A DNA stretch of 36,643 nt from Gammaproteobacteria bacterium. Its GTDB lineage: Bacteria > Pseudomonadota > Gammaproteobacteria > Ga0077536. Each line of letters begins with the position of its first letter. Positions within the stretch are counted from its first letter, which is position 1. Positions 8,276 to 17,031 of this stretch are shown here, in pieces. The DNA lies in NCBI GenBank assembly GCA_020851775.1, contig JADZCB010000123.1:1-36643 (forward strand), in the 5' to 3' direction. The notes beneath the pieces are model-generated. The model was not told the DNA's origin. It made no database searches and saw only the letters and a program-made list of their open reading frames with translations. Both the position numbers and the translations under genes were made by a program.

Positions 8276-10684
8276 TCAGTGCTGCCGCGCCTGGGCGTCG
8301 CGGATTTGCGCCCACAGCGTCGATGGACGCAGTGGGAGTTCGGTGACTTCGATGCCGAACGGGCTCAGCGCATCGCAGATCGCATTGCACAGGGCGCCCG
8401 GCACCGAACTCGGCCGACCTTCGCCGATGCCACGCGTGCCGAGCGGCGTATGTGGACACGGCGTCGATGCATACGACAGTTCGATGTCCGGCACGTCGGC
8501 GGCAGTCGCCAGCTTGTAATGCTCGAAGTCGGCCGTGAGCTGCTGACCTTCGTCGGTGTAGATGAATTCCTCGAAGATCGCGTTCGACAGCCCCTGCACG
8601 ATGGCGCCGTGCATCTGACCGTCGACGATGTTCTGGTTGATCACGTTGCCGACGTCCTCGGACGTCGCCCAGCGCTTGATCGTGAATTCGCCGGTTTCCG
8701 GTCGCACTTCGACGATGCAGAAATCCGCGTTGAAACAGATCATCGGCTTCGCAGCTTCGAAAAAGGCGGTCGCCTCGAGGCCGCCGACCTCGCCTTCCGG
8801 CAGGTTCACCGGGAACATGATGATGCGCTCGACGATCTCGCGGAACGTCTTGCGCCGGCTCGGATCGCGCAGGTAGATCACGTCGCCGTTCGTGAACGCG
8901 AATTCCTCCGTCGTCGCCCGCACGCCGAGATCGTGGGCGAGGACGTGCGTGATCTTCTCCTTCAGCTCCGCGCAGGCCTTGTGTACGGCGCTGACGAAAT
9001 AGGAGCCTGCGCGCGCACCGATGGTGCCGGCGCCGAACGGGGTCGCGCCGGTGTCACCGGTGGTCACCAGCGTGTCCGACGGATCGATGCCGAAAATCGA
9101 TGCGACGACCTGCGCCACTGTCGTCTCGTGACCCTGCCCGCCCGGCGCATCGCCGCCGAAGATGAGCACTTTGCCGCGCGGATCGACGCGCACCGTCGCT
9201 GCCCCGTAGCCGGGCTGGTTTTCCATCGGCACCAGCAGTTCCGACGCGACGCCGGAGAGCTCCGCGCCGCACGCGAAACCGATGCCGAGATAACGCCCGT
9301 GCGCACGCGCGGCGACCTGCTCGCGACGGAAGGCCGGCAGATCGATCTGGCGCAGCAGGCTGTCCCAGACCTTCAGGAAGTCGCCGCTGTCGAAATACTC
9401 GCCGGTGATCGTCGTATACGGGAGTTTCGGCACCATGTTGCGCCGGCGGAGATCGGCGGGCTCGAGCCCGCAGCGACGCGCGACGATGTCGATCGAGCGT
9501 TCGATCGCAAAGCGCGTCGGAAAGTGGCCGAAAGCGCGCGACGGCGTCAGGCAGGCCTTGTTCGTCGTCGCCACGCGCAGCTTGATGTCGCCCTTCTCCC
9601 ACGTGTAGACGTTCGGCATCTCGACCTGACCGAGAAACGGCATCACGAAGCCCCAGTAGACGCCGGTCTGGCCGGTGCCGTTGTTTGCGATGCCCCGGTT
9701 GCGCAGCGCGAGCAGGCGGCCGTCCTTCGTCGCCGCGATCTCGACATCGTTGATCTGGTCGCGTTCCTGGCCGACGTTCATCAGACTCTCGTAGCGCGTT
9801 TCGATCCAGCGCACGGGTTTCCCGAGCTTGCGCGCGGCATAGGCGATGACGACGTTCTCGCGGTAGAACGGAGCCTTGACGCCGAAACCACCGCCCTGAT
9901 CGCGCGGCGCGATCACGCGCACGCGCTCGCCGGGGATCTCGAGGATGTCGATCAGCGCGAGACGATCGATGTGCGGGCGCTGCGTCGTGATCCAGGCGGT
10001 GAGCCCATCGGCGAGCGACCAGTCGCAGAGCACGCCGCGCGGTTCCATCGGCGTGATCCCGGTGCGATGCACGCGGAAGCGGTTCGAGACGACGACCTCC
10101 GCAGTGTCGAAGATGCGCTGCACCTCGGCTTCGTTGCGCATCTGCTCGTCGGCAGTCGCCCCGCCGGTGAAGGTCATCGCGAACATCTCGTTGTCCGCTT
10201 CCTCGTCGTGGACTCTCGGCGCGCCAGGCGCGAGCGCCTGTTCGGCATCGACGACGACCGGCAGCTCCTCGTAATCGACGACGACGAGCTCGGCGGCGTC
10301 CTCCGCGACGTACTTGTCGCGCGCGATGACGACGGCGACGGGGTCGCCGTGGAACTTCACCTTGTCGACGGCGAGCGCGTGATAGTCCGGATACTTCGCC
10401 GGCAGGTTAGGCAGCACCACCGGCTGGCGCATCGATTTCACACGGGTGCGGATTTCGTCACCGGTGATCACGTCGACGACGCCCGGCAGTGCGCGCGCCG
10501 CGGCGACGTCGATGCCCGTGATCCGGGCATGCGCATATTCGCTGCGCACGAACACCGCGTGCAGCATGCCGGGCAGCACGATGTCGGCGAGATACTTGCC
10601 CTGTCCCGTGACGAGGCGCAGGTCCTCCTTGCGTTCGAGGCGCGCGCCCATCCACCGCTTGCTGTCCTGTACCGTGATGTCCAT
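8276..10684 (-). CDS. Molybdopterin-binding large subunit of a xanthine-dehydrogenase-family hydroxylase (CoxL-like, non-CODH active-site loop)
   Basis: 802 aa. N-terminus MGARLERKEDLRLVTGQGKYLADI. A GGGFG motif is present (RDQGGGFGVK), and the C-terminal catalytic-Glu region is GIGEGRPSSVPGALCNAICDAL. A strong SD (GAGGAGGGGG) lies upstream. The loop at aa 381-390 reads PSRAFGHFPT (nt 9515..9544). Confidence 0.92.
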   Translation of the reverse strand: MDITVQDSKRWMGARLERKEDLRLVTGQGKYLADIVLPGMLHAVFVRSEYAHARITGIDVAAARALPGVVDVITGDEIRTRVKSMRQPVVLPNLPAKYPDYHALAVDKVKFHGDPVAVVIARDKYVAEDAAELVVVDYEELPVVVDAEQALAPGAPRVHDEEADNEMFAMTFTGGATADEQMRNEAEVQRIFDTAEVVVSNRFRVHRTGITPMEPRGVLCDWSLADGLTAWITTQRPHIDRLALIDILEIPGERVRVIAPRDQGGGFGVKAPFYRENVVIAYAARKLGKPVRWIETRYESLMNVGQERDQINDVEIAATKDGRLLALRNRGIANNGTGQTGVYWGFVMPFLGQVEMPNVYTWEKGDIKLRVATTNKACLTPSRAFGHFPTRFAIERSIDIVARRCGLEPADLRRRNMVPKLPYTTITGEYFDSGDFLKVWDSLLRQIDLPAFRREQVAARAHGRYLGIGFACGAELSGVASELLVPMENQPGYGAATVRVDPRGKVLIFGGDAPGGQGHETTVAQVVASIFGIDPSDTLVTTGDTGATPFGAGTIGARAGSYFVSAVHKACAELKEKITHVLAHDLGVRATTEEFAFTNGDVIYLRDPSRRKTFREIVERIIMFPVNLPEGEVGGLEATAFFEAAKPMICFNADFCIVEVRPETGEFTIKRWATSEDVGNVINQNIVDGQMHGAIVQGLSNAIFEEFIYTDEGQQLTADFEHYKLATAADVPDIELSYASTPCPHTPLGTRGIGEGRPSSVPGALCNAICDALSPFGIEVTELPLRPSTLWAQIRDAQARQH

Positions 10685-10693
10685 GCCCCCTCC

Positions 10694-11173
10694 TCAGCCT
10701 GCGCCGCCCGCGAGCGTCTTCGCCGCTTCGCGAACCGCCTTGACGATGTGGACGTACCCCGTGCAGCGGCACAGATTGCCGATCAGGCCGTGACGGATGT
10801 CGTCGTCGCTCGGCTCCGGATGGCGCGCGAGAAAGTCCGTCATGTTCATCAGGATCCCCGGCGTGCAGAACCCGCACTGCAGGCCATGATGCTCACGGAA
10901 CGACTGCTGCAGCACCGACAGGTCGCCGTTGCTCGACAGGCCTTCGACGGTCGTGACGGCATGCCCGTCCGCCTGCACCGCGAGCAGCATGCAGCTCTTC
11001 ACGGCCTCGCCATCGAGATGGACGGTACAGGCCCCGCACACGCCTTCGTAGGTGCAGCCGACATGTGTGCCGGTCAGCGCGAGACGCTCGCGCAGAAAAT
11101 CGACCAGCAACATGCGTGGCGGAACCGCTTCCTCGTACTGCGTGCCATTGACGGTGATTCGGACTGTCTGCAT
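10694..11173 (-). CDS. [2Fe-2S] small subunit of the Mo-hydroxylase (CoxS-like)
   Basis: 159 aa. The first cluster motif is GCTYEGVCGACTV and the second is CGFCTPG...CRCTGY. Confidence 0.93.
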   Translation of the reverse strand: MQTVRITVNGTQYEEAVPPRMLLVDFLRERLALTGTHVGCTYEGVCGACTVHLDGEAVKSCMLLAVQADGHAVTTVEGLSSNGDLSVLQQSFREHHGLQCGFCTPGILMNMTDFLARHPEPSDDDIRHGLIGNLCRCTGYVHIVKAVREAAKTLAGGAG

Positions 11174-11191
11174 CGGTGCTCCCCTGCGCGC

Positions 11192-12067
11192 TCAGGCGGT
11201 GGCGCGTGCGAACGCGGTGGCGGCGACGTCGGCGCCCAGCGTTCTGATCAGTTGTTGGCGGTATGCGGTGCTCGCCCATTTGTCGGACTGGGCCTCGACC
11301 GCCGCGGCGACGGCGTCCATCGCGCGCGCCAGTGTCGTCGCATCGCCGCTCGAACCGACGAGCAGCGCAGCGCCGGCCGGTGCGAGCTGCGCGCCGGCGG
11401 CGAGCCCGGACAATGCGATGCTGGCCGCGCTGCAGCGGCCGGCGGCGTCGAGCTCGACGCACACGCAGACACCGACGACGGGCAGTGCGTCCTTGACGAG
11501 CCCCCATTTGCGATAGGCGCTGCCGCCACGGTCCGTGGCGCCGGCGAAGCTGACGGCTTCCAGCAATTCATCCGCCCGTCGTGCGGTCTCGAGCGGACCG
11601 ATGAGGAATTCGGTCGCCGGCACTACCCGGCGCGTGCCGTCGGCCGCGACGAGGTGCATTCGGCCGCCGAGCCCGAGCACCACCGCAGGCGTACACGACG
11701 CCAGGTAATTCCAGCAGCAACTGCCGCCGATCGTGCCGCGATTGCGCACCTGGCGATCGCCGACGTGAGCCGCCGCGTCGCGCAGCGCCGCGTTGCGGCC
11801 GCGCAGACGCTCGTCGGCGGCGATGTCGACATAGCGCGTCATTGCGCCGATGCGCACGCCGTCGCTGTATTCGATGCCCTTCAACGCGTCGATAGCCTGC
11901 AGATCGATCAGACAGCGTGGACGCGCCATGCGCGATTTCAACGCCTGCATCAGGCTCTGGCCGCCGGCGATGAACAGTGCATCGCCTTCGTCGTAGCGCG
12001 CATTTACCGCGAGCGCCTCGGCGACCGTCGTCGGCCGCACGTATTCTTCGATCTGTGCCGGAAACAT
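11192..12067 (-). CDS. FAD-binding medium subunit of the Mo-hydroxylase (CoxM-like)
   Basis: ORF 11192..12112. I prefer ATG 12067..12065 (MFPAQIEEYVRPTTVAEALA...), which has GGGGGAG upstream. The FAD-binding motifs are FIAGGQSLM and RNRGTIGGS. Length 291 aa. Confidence 0.9.
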   Translation of the reverse strand: MFPAQIEEYVRPTTVAEALAVNARYDEGDALFIAGGQSLMQALKSRMARPRCLIDLQAIDALKGIEYSDGVRIGAMTRYVDIAADERLRGRNAALRDAAAHVGDRQVRNRGTIGGSCCWNYLASCTPAVVLGLGGRMHLVAADGTRRVVPATEFLIGPLETARRADELLEAVSFAGATDRGGSAYRKWGLVKDALPVVGVCVCVELDAAGRCSAASIALSGLAAGAQLAPAGAALLVGSSGDATTLARAMDAVAAAVEAQSDKWASTAYRQQLIRTLGADVAATAFARATA

Positions 12068-12112
12068 GTCTCCCCCTCGCGAGCGAGCCGCTGCTCCGGG
12101 CCCGCGTCTCAT

Positions 12113-12398
12113 TGCTCATCGCATGTTGCGCCGCAGTCCTCGCGCCGGCGGCACGGTGCCAGTCTAAACGACGCGGCATGCGCCGTGGCGGTCGGCCGCG
12201 CCCGCGTGCCTGGCTCGGCACGCGGGCACTCAAGTTATCAAACGATTAATAATGCGACAAGCGCTGAAGCTGCATTAAAGACGGCGAATCCCGCCTAAAT
12301 CTCAGAAGATTGACAATTCAATAATCGATCGCTCACTATAAAATTCGTTGTTACCAATAACTGACGGCGCCGCGTAAACGCCGCGTGAGGAAGCCCGC
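12113..12398. promoter_or_regulatory. Divergent control region between the Mo-hydroxylase operon and the hisD-like operon, with a locally AT-rich core (about 12230..12360)
   Basis: This is the only strongly AT-rich stretch between two divergent operons. It contains the inverted repeat TAATGC (12250..12255) N16 GCATTA (12272..12277), a TTGACA hexamer (12310..12315), an ATCGAT palindrome (12324..12329) and TATAAAAT (12337..12344). The spacings do not give a clean sigma-70 promoter. Confidence 0.4.
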
Positions 12399-13679
12399 GT
12401 GATCAAACGCCTGAAGTCGAGCCGTCCCGCCGCACTGCGCAGTCAGCACGACAGCGAGGTGCGGAACACCGTCGAACACATGCTGCAGGACATCGAGACA
12501 CGCGGCGCGGCCGCGGTGCGTGACTACTCCGAACGCCTCGATCGCTGGTCGCCGCCGAGCTTCCGTCTCGCTCCCGACGCGATCCAGCGCTGTATCGATT
12601 CGCTGCCGGCGCGCACGCTCGACGACATCCGTTATGCACAGGCCCAGATCAGGCGCTTCGCGCAGGTGCAGTTGATGAGCCTGCGCGACGTCGAGATCGA
12701 GACGATGCCCGGTGTCGTGCTCGGTCACAGGAACATCCCGGTCAATGCGGTCGGCTGCTACGTGCCGGGCGGCAAGTACCCGATGGTGGCGTCCGCCCAC
12801 ATGAGCGTGTTGACGGCGAAAGTCGCCGGCGTGAAGCGTGTCGTCGCGGCGACGCCGCCGTTCCAGGGGCAGCCGGAGGCGGCGACGATCGCCGCAATGG
12901 CTCTCGCCGGCGCCGACGAAATCTACGTACTCGGCGGCGTGCAGGCGCTCGCGATGATGGCCTTCGGCACCGAAGAGCTCGCGCCGGTCGACATGCTCGT
13001 CGGGCCCGGCAATGCCTACGTCGCGGAAGCTAAGCGGCAGTTGTTCGGACGGGTCGGTATCGATCTGCTCGCAGGGCCGACCGAAACGCTCGTCATCTGC
13101 GACGACAGCGTCGATGCGGAGCTCGTTGCCGTCGATCTCCTCGGCCAGGCCGAGCATGGTCCGACCTCGCCGGCCGTCTGCATCACGACGTCCCGACCAC
13201 TCGCCGAGGCGCTGCCCGCTGCGATCGAACAGGTGCTGGCAAGGCTCGACACGGCGCCGGTCGCACGTGTCGCGTGGGAGGACTATGGCGAAATCATCCT
13301 GTGCGACACCGACGATGAAATGCTCGCCGAGGCCGAGCGCGTGTGCTCCGAACACGTGCAGGTGATGACGCGCGATCCCGACTGGTTCCTCGCGCGCATG
13401 ACGAACTATGGCGCACTGTTCCTCGGCCATCGCACCAACGTCGCGTACGGCGACAAGGTCATCGGCACCAATCACACGCTGCCGACGCGCGGCGCGGGGC
13501 GCTACACCGGCGGCCTGTGGGTCGGCAAGTTCATCAAGACGCACACGTATCAGCGTGTGCTCACCGATGCGGCGTCGGTGGAGGTCGGCGAGTACTGCTC
13601 GCGACTGTGCGAAATCGAACACTTCTCCGGCCACAAGGAGCAGGCGGACATCCGCGTGCGCCGGCTCAAACAGGCCTGA
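12399..13679 (+). CDS. Histidinol-dehydrogenase-family (HisD-like) NAD-dependent alcohol-to-acid dehydrogenase paralog
   Basis: 426 aa with a GTG start. HisD-family motifs are present: [48 protein letters not shown] and the C-terminal HFSGH. The genomic context is not histidine biosynthesis. Confidence 0.88.
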   Translation: MIKRLKSSRPAALRSQHDSEVRNTVEHMLQDIETRGAAAVRDYSERLDRWSPPSFRLAPDAIQRCIDSLPARTLDDIRYAQAQIRRFAQVQLMSLRDVEIETMPGVVLGHRNIPVNAVGCYVPGGKYPMVASAHMSVLTAKVAGVKRVVAATPPFQGQPEAATIAAMALAGADEIYVLGGVQALAMMAFGTEELAPVDMLVGPGNAYVAEAKRQLFGRVGIDLLAGPTETLVICDDSVDAELVAVDLLGQAEHGPTSPAVCITTSRPLAEALPAAIEQVLARLDTAPVARVAWEDYGEIILCDTDDEMLAEAERVCSEHVQVMTRDPDWFLARMTNYGALFLGHRTNVAYGDKVIGTNHTLPTRGAGRYTGGLWVGKFIKTHTYQRVLTDAASVEVGEYCSRLCEIEHFSGHKEQADIRVRRLKQA

Positions 13680-13696
13680 ACCGGGAGCGCAAACAC

Positions 13697-14542
13697 ATGA
13701 GCTACGAATTCATTCCAGGGGCCCGCTACCGCATGCCGACGCACTTCGGTCCGATGTTCGGCCCGCGCAACGTGCCGCCGGGCGTGGTGCTCGATCACAC
13801 GCGGTTTCCGCGTTCGACCGTCGTCACCTACCGCTTCCTGTCGACCCACGAGGCACTGTCCGCGCACCTGCCGCCGGGCTTCGAACTCGCCGGCGAGCCG
13901 GTGGTGTCGCTGGACTTCGCTTACCTGACGGAAATCCCCTGGCTCGGCGGGCGCGGCTACAACCTCGCGCTGCTGTCGTGGCCGGCGACCTTTCGCGGCA
14001 CGCGTGACACCGAAACCGGACGCTTCGCGGCGGTGCTGTTCGAGAACTTCACGGATCCGATCATCACCGGCCGCGACGAACTCGGGCATCCGAAGATTTA
14101 CTGCGAGATTCCGCCGCCGATCGTGACGTCCAGCACGGTCACCGCGCGCCTCGCCTGGGAGGGCCACGAGTTCCTGCGCGTGACGGTCGCGGATCTCTCG
14201 CCGCAAGCGCCGGCGGACGCGCGCGACGATTTCCCGACCAGCGGCTGGCTGCAGTGGAAGTACGTGCCGGGCACGCCGCCTGCCGCCGGACCCGATGCGA
14301 GCTATCCGACCCACTCGCCTGACCCGCTCGCTGCCGACGTGCACCCGCACGTCCACATCGACAGCCGCGAGTGGGGCCGCGGCACGCTGACGCGACGCCA
14401 GGTCGAATGGCAGGACATGCCGACGCTGTGGAACGTCGTCAACGGAATCGCCGCCTTGCCCCACGTCGCGCCGCGGCTCACGGTCGTCACGCGATCGCAC
14501 GGCTGGATCGGGGACGTCGGTGACACCCGGCGTCTCGCCTGA
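13697..14542 (+). CDS. Acetoacetate-decarboxylase-family (ADC fold) protein
   Basis: Internal start ATG 13697 of ORF 13343..14542 (in frame, offset 354 nt). The protein begins MSYEFIPGARYRMPTHFGPMFGP. The Schiff-base lysine context of the ADC family is present (GRDELGHPKIY). Length 281 aa. Confidence 0.8.
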   Translation: MSYEFIPGARYRMPTHFGPMFGPRNVPPGVVLDHTRFPRSTVVTYRFLSTHEALSAHLPPGFELAGEPVVSLDFAYLTEIPWLGGRGYNLALLSWPATFRGTRDTETGRFAAVLFENFTDPIITGRDELGHPKIYCEIPPPIVTSSTVTARLAWEGHEFLRVTVADLSPQAPADARDDFPTSGWLQWKYVPGTPPAAGPDASYPTHSPDPLAADVHPHVHIDSREWGRGTLTRRQVEWQDMPTLWNVVNGIAALPHVAPRLTVVTRSHGWIGDVGDTRRLA

Positions 14543-14549
14543 GCGGGCG

Positions 14550-15293
14550 ATGAGTGCGCTGACGGGCAAGGTCGCGCTCGTCACCGGCGGCGCCGGTGGC
14601 ATCGGCACGGCCATCTGCCAGCGTCTCGCCGCGGCGGGTGCGACGATCGTCGCGACCTGCCGCACCCGCACCGAGCGCGCCGACGCGCTCGTCGCGTCGC
14701 TGCCGGGCACTGGCCACTGGGCCCATGCCGCGTCGGTGACGGATTCGGCGGCGCTCACCGCGCTGGCCGCCGCCATCGACGTGCGCCACGGACGGCTCGA
14801 CGTGCTGGTCAACAATGCAGGCGTCACGCGCGTCGTCCCGCACGCCGATCTCGACGCGCTGGACGATGCGCTGATCGACGAGATCTTTGCCACCAACTGG
14901 CGCGGCGCATTTGCCTGCACGCGGGCCTGCCACACCCTCCTGCGGCGGCACCAGGGCGTGATCGTCAACATTTCTTCGATCGCGGGCACGACGGCCGTCG
15001 GCAGCAACATTGCCTACTGCGCAAGCAAGGCGGCGCTCGACAACCTGACCCGCTCCCTCGCGCGGGCGCTCGCCCCTGCCGTGCGCGTGCTGTCGATCGC
15101 GCCCGGCTGGGTGACTGGCGAATACGCCTCGCGCGCCGATCCCGCCTATCTCGCGGAGCAGATCGCGCGCACGCCGCTCGGCCGCATCGCCGCGCCCGAG
15201 GACGTCGCAGAGGCCGTCTATGCCGCCTGCACGACACTCGGTTTCACCACCGGCGCGATACTGCCGGTCGACGGCGGACGGCCGCTCGGATGA
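14550..15293 (+). CDS. Short-chain dehydrogenase/reductase (SDR)
   Basis: MSALTGKVALVTGGAGGIGTAI carries the TGxxxGxG motif. NNAG and the catalytic YCASK are present. An alternative GTG start at 14520 is possible. Confidence 0.9.
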   Translation: MSALTGKVALVTGGAGGIGTAICQRLAAAGATIVATCRTRTERADALVASLPGTGHWAHAASVTDSAALTALAAAIDVRHGRLDVLVNNAGVTRVVPHADLDALDDALIDEIFATNWRGAFACTRACHTLLRRHQGVIVNISSIAGTTAVGSNIAYCASKAALDNLTRSLARALAPAVRVLSIAPGWVTGEYASRADPAYLAEQIARTPLGRIAAPEDVAEAVYAACTTLGFTTGAILPVDGGRPLG

Positions 15294-15961
15294 CGGCACC
15301 TGCACGGTCGGCACGCCAGCGACTCGCACCCGATGCCCGCCAGCAGCAGATACTCGAGGGTGCCATCGCCTATTTCGCGGAGTTCGGATTCGACGGCGGC
15401 ACTCGCGCGCTCGCCCAGCACCTCGGGATCAGCCAGTCGCTGTTGTTCCGCTATTTTCCGACCAAGGCCTCGCTCGTCGACCGCGTCTACGAAGTGGTGT
15501 TCCTGCAGCGCTGGAACTCACGCTGGCAGGGCTTGCTGACCGATCGCAGCCGCCCGCTCCCCGAACGGCTCAAGGCCTTCTACAAGGATTACAACCACAG
15601 CATCGATCGCTACGAGGTGATCCGGATCTCGCTGTTCTCGGCGCTGCGCAAGGAGAGCATCAGCCAGCGCTACGTCGCCCGCCTGCGCGAACAGTTGATT
15701 GTCCCGATCGTCGCCGAGTGCCGGGCGCATCTCGGCCTGCCCGCAGCGGCCGGCCTGCCCTCGCCGCTGGAGGAACAGCTCGTGCTGAGCCTGCATGCGA
15801 CCATCATCTACGGCATCATGCGTCGCCACGTGTTCGACGTGGCGCCGCCGCTCGACGAGGATTTCCTCATCGACCTCTACGTCGACAGCTTCGTCGCGCA
15901 TGCCGCCGAAAGCTTTCGCCGGATCGGCGCCCGGGAAGCCGAGCGTCGTCCGGCGTCCTGA
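15290..15961 (+). CDS. TetR-family transcriptional regulator
   Basis: The ATGA start/stop overlaps the SDR gene. The N-terminal HTH is ILEGAIAYFAEFGFDGGTRALAQHLGISQSLLFRYFPTK. Length 223 aa. Confidence 0.9.
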   Translation: MTAPARSARQRLAPDARQQQILEGAIAYFAEFGFDGGTRALAQHLGISQSLLFRYFPTKASLVDRVYEVVFLQRWNSRWQGLLTDRSRPLPERLKAFYKDYNHSIDRYEVIRISLFSALRKESISQRYVARLREQLIVPIVAECRAHLGLPAAAGLPSPLEEQLVLSLHATIIYGIMRRHVFDVAPPLDEDFLIDLYVDSFVAHAAESFRRIGAREAERRPAS

Positions 15962-16046
15962 GTCGTGCGGCGGGGCGCCCGGCGCGGCCGTCCACGGCAT
16001 AATGCAGTCATCAACACCGTCTCGGCGGTCAACCGGAAGAATCGCC

Positions 16047-16961
16047 ATGAATTACACCATCGAATGCATCGCCGCCGATGCCAACGAACTCGGCGAAGGC
16101 CCGATCTGGGACGTCGAGGACGGCCTGCTCTACTGGGTCGATGGTACCGGCCGGCGTGTCGGCAAGCCGTCGATCTGGCGCCTCGATCCGCGTACCGGAG
16201 ACAAGCGCTCATGGTCGCTCGAGCATGACGTCGGCGCGCTGGTCTTGCGCCAGGGTGGCGGCGCCATCCTCGCCCTCGACGATGGTTTCTACACCTTCGA
16301 CTTCGACACCGGCGCCCTCGAACTCATCACGCTGATCGACGCCGGACAGCCACGCACACGCCTGAACGACGGCAAGTGCGACCGCCGTGGCCGCTTCCTT
16401 GCCGGCGGCATGGACGACCAGGAAGAGCTCGGGATCTGCGGCCTGTGGCAGCTCGACACCGACTTCAGCGTGCGCAAGATCGACGAGGGCATCATCTGCT
16501 CGAACGGTCCGTGCTGGAGCCCGGACGACAAGACCTTTTACTTCGCCGATACCTTCCGCCAGACGATGTGGGCCTACGACTACGATCTCGCGACCGGCGC
16601 GCTGGCGAATCGCCGCGTGTTCGCGTCGACCGCCGAAGATCCGGGTTTCTTCGACGGCTCGACGGTCGATGCCGAAGGCTGCGTGTGGAACGCACTCGTG
16701 ATCGGTGGCGATCTTATCCGCTATGCGCCCGATGGCAGCGTCGAGCGGCGCATCGGCATGCCGGTGAAGAACATCACGAGCCTCACCTTCGGCGGTCCAA
16801 AGCTCGACGAGATCTACGTCACCTCGATGGCGCGCGTGCGTCACCCGGCCGTGCACGACCATTTCGCGAAGCAGGTGCGGCCGCAATTCGGCGCCGGCAG
16901 CCTGTTCCGGATCCGCGGTCTCGGCATCACCGGCATGCCCGAGCCACGTTTCGGCGGCTGA
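16047..16961 (+). CDS. SMP-30/gluconolactonase/LRE-family beta-propeller hydrolase
   Basis: Internal ATG 16047 of ORF 15795..16961 (in frame), with GGAAGA upstream. The protein begins MNYTIECIAADANELGEGPIWD. Other family features are NDGKCDRRGRF, SNGPCWSPDDKTFYFAD and DGSTVDAEGCVW. Confidence 0.88.
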   Translation: MNYTIECIAADANELGEGPIWDVEDGLLYWVDGTGRRVGKPSIWRLDPRTGDKRSWSLEHDVGALVLRQGGGAILALDDGFYTFDFDTGALELITLIDAGQPRTRLNDGKCDRRGRFLAGGMDDQEELGICGLWQLDTDFSVRKIDEGIICSNGPCWSPDDKTFYFADTFRQTMWAYDYDLATGALANRRVFASTAEDPGFFDGSTVDAEGCVWNALVIGGDLIRYAPDGSVERRIGMPVKNITSLTFGGPKLDEIYVTSMARVRHPAVHDHFAKQVRPQFGAGSLFRIRGLGITGMPEPRFGG

Positions 16962-17031
16962 CCGCGGTGCTCAACGGACTCTCCCCTGAGCGATCAGGCG
17001 CGGGCCGTCACGCGGCCGCAGAGCGCTGACG

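Noticed and set aside
8276-12067. Calling the operon a genuine aerobic CO dehydrogenase (coxMSL) because of the gene order and the presence of CoxG.
   Set aside because: The large subunit lacks both the form I VAYRCSFR loop (no Cys) and the form II AYRGAGR loop at the equivalent position (PSRAFGHFPT). No coxD/E/F-type accessory genes are present.
8237-12298. A 1353-aa ORF on the plus strand spanning the whole Mo-hydroxylase operon. This is strikingly long and could be mistaken for a giant gene.
   Set aside because: Coordinate arithmetic shows it is the exact codon-for-codon reverse complement of the three minus-strand genes. Their first nucleotides (10684, 11173 and 12067) are all congruent to 1 mod 3, so the three genes share a frame. 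A stop in this antisense frame needs a sense TTA, CTA or TCA codon, and those are rare at this GC content. The product is an Arg/Ala/Asp/His-rich string with no domain pattern, whereas the minus-strand products have textbook motifs.
12310-12344. TTGACA ... TATAAAAT as a textbook sigma-70 promoter for the hisD-like operon.
   Set aside because: The spacer is 21-23 nt by my count, outside the functional 16-18 nt range. I kept it only as part of the generic AT-rich control region.
12351-15010. Minus-strand ORFs 12351..13634 (427 aa) and 13550..15010 (486 aa) opposite the hisD-like, ADC-like and SDR genes.
   Set aside because: They are shadows of the plus-strand genes. The frame check fits for the hisD-like and ADC-like genes. 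No recognisable domains are present.
12399-15293. Sulfopropanediol (DHPS) degradation, i.e. an HpsN-like HisD paralog next to an SDR.
   Set aside because: No sulfolactate sulfo-lyase, sulfite exporter or other organosulfonate gene is nearby. The assignment would rest on family membership alone.
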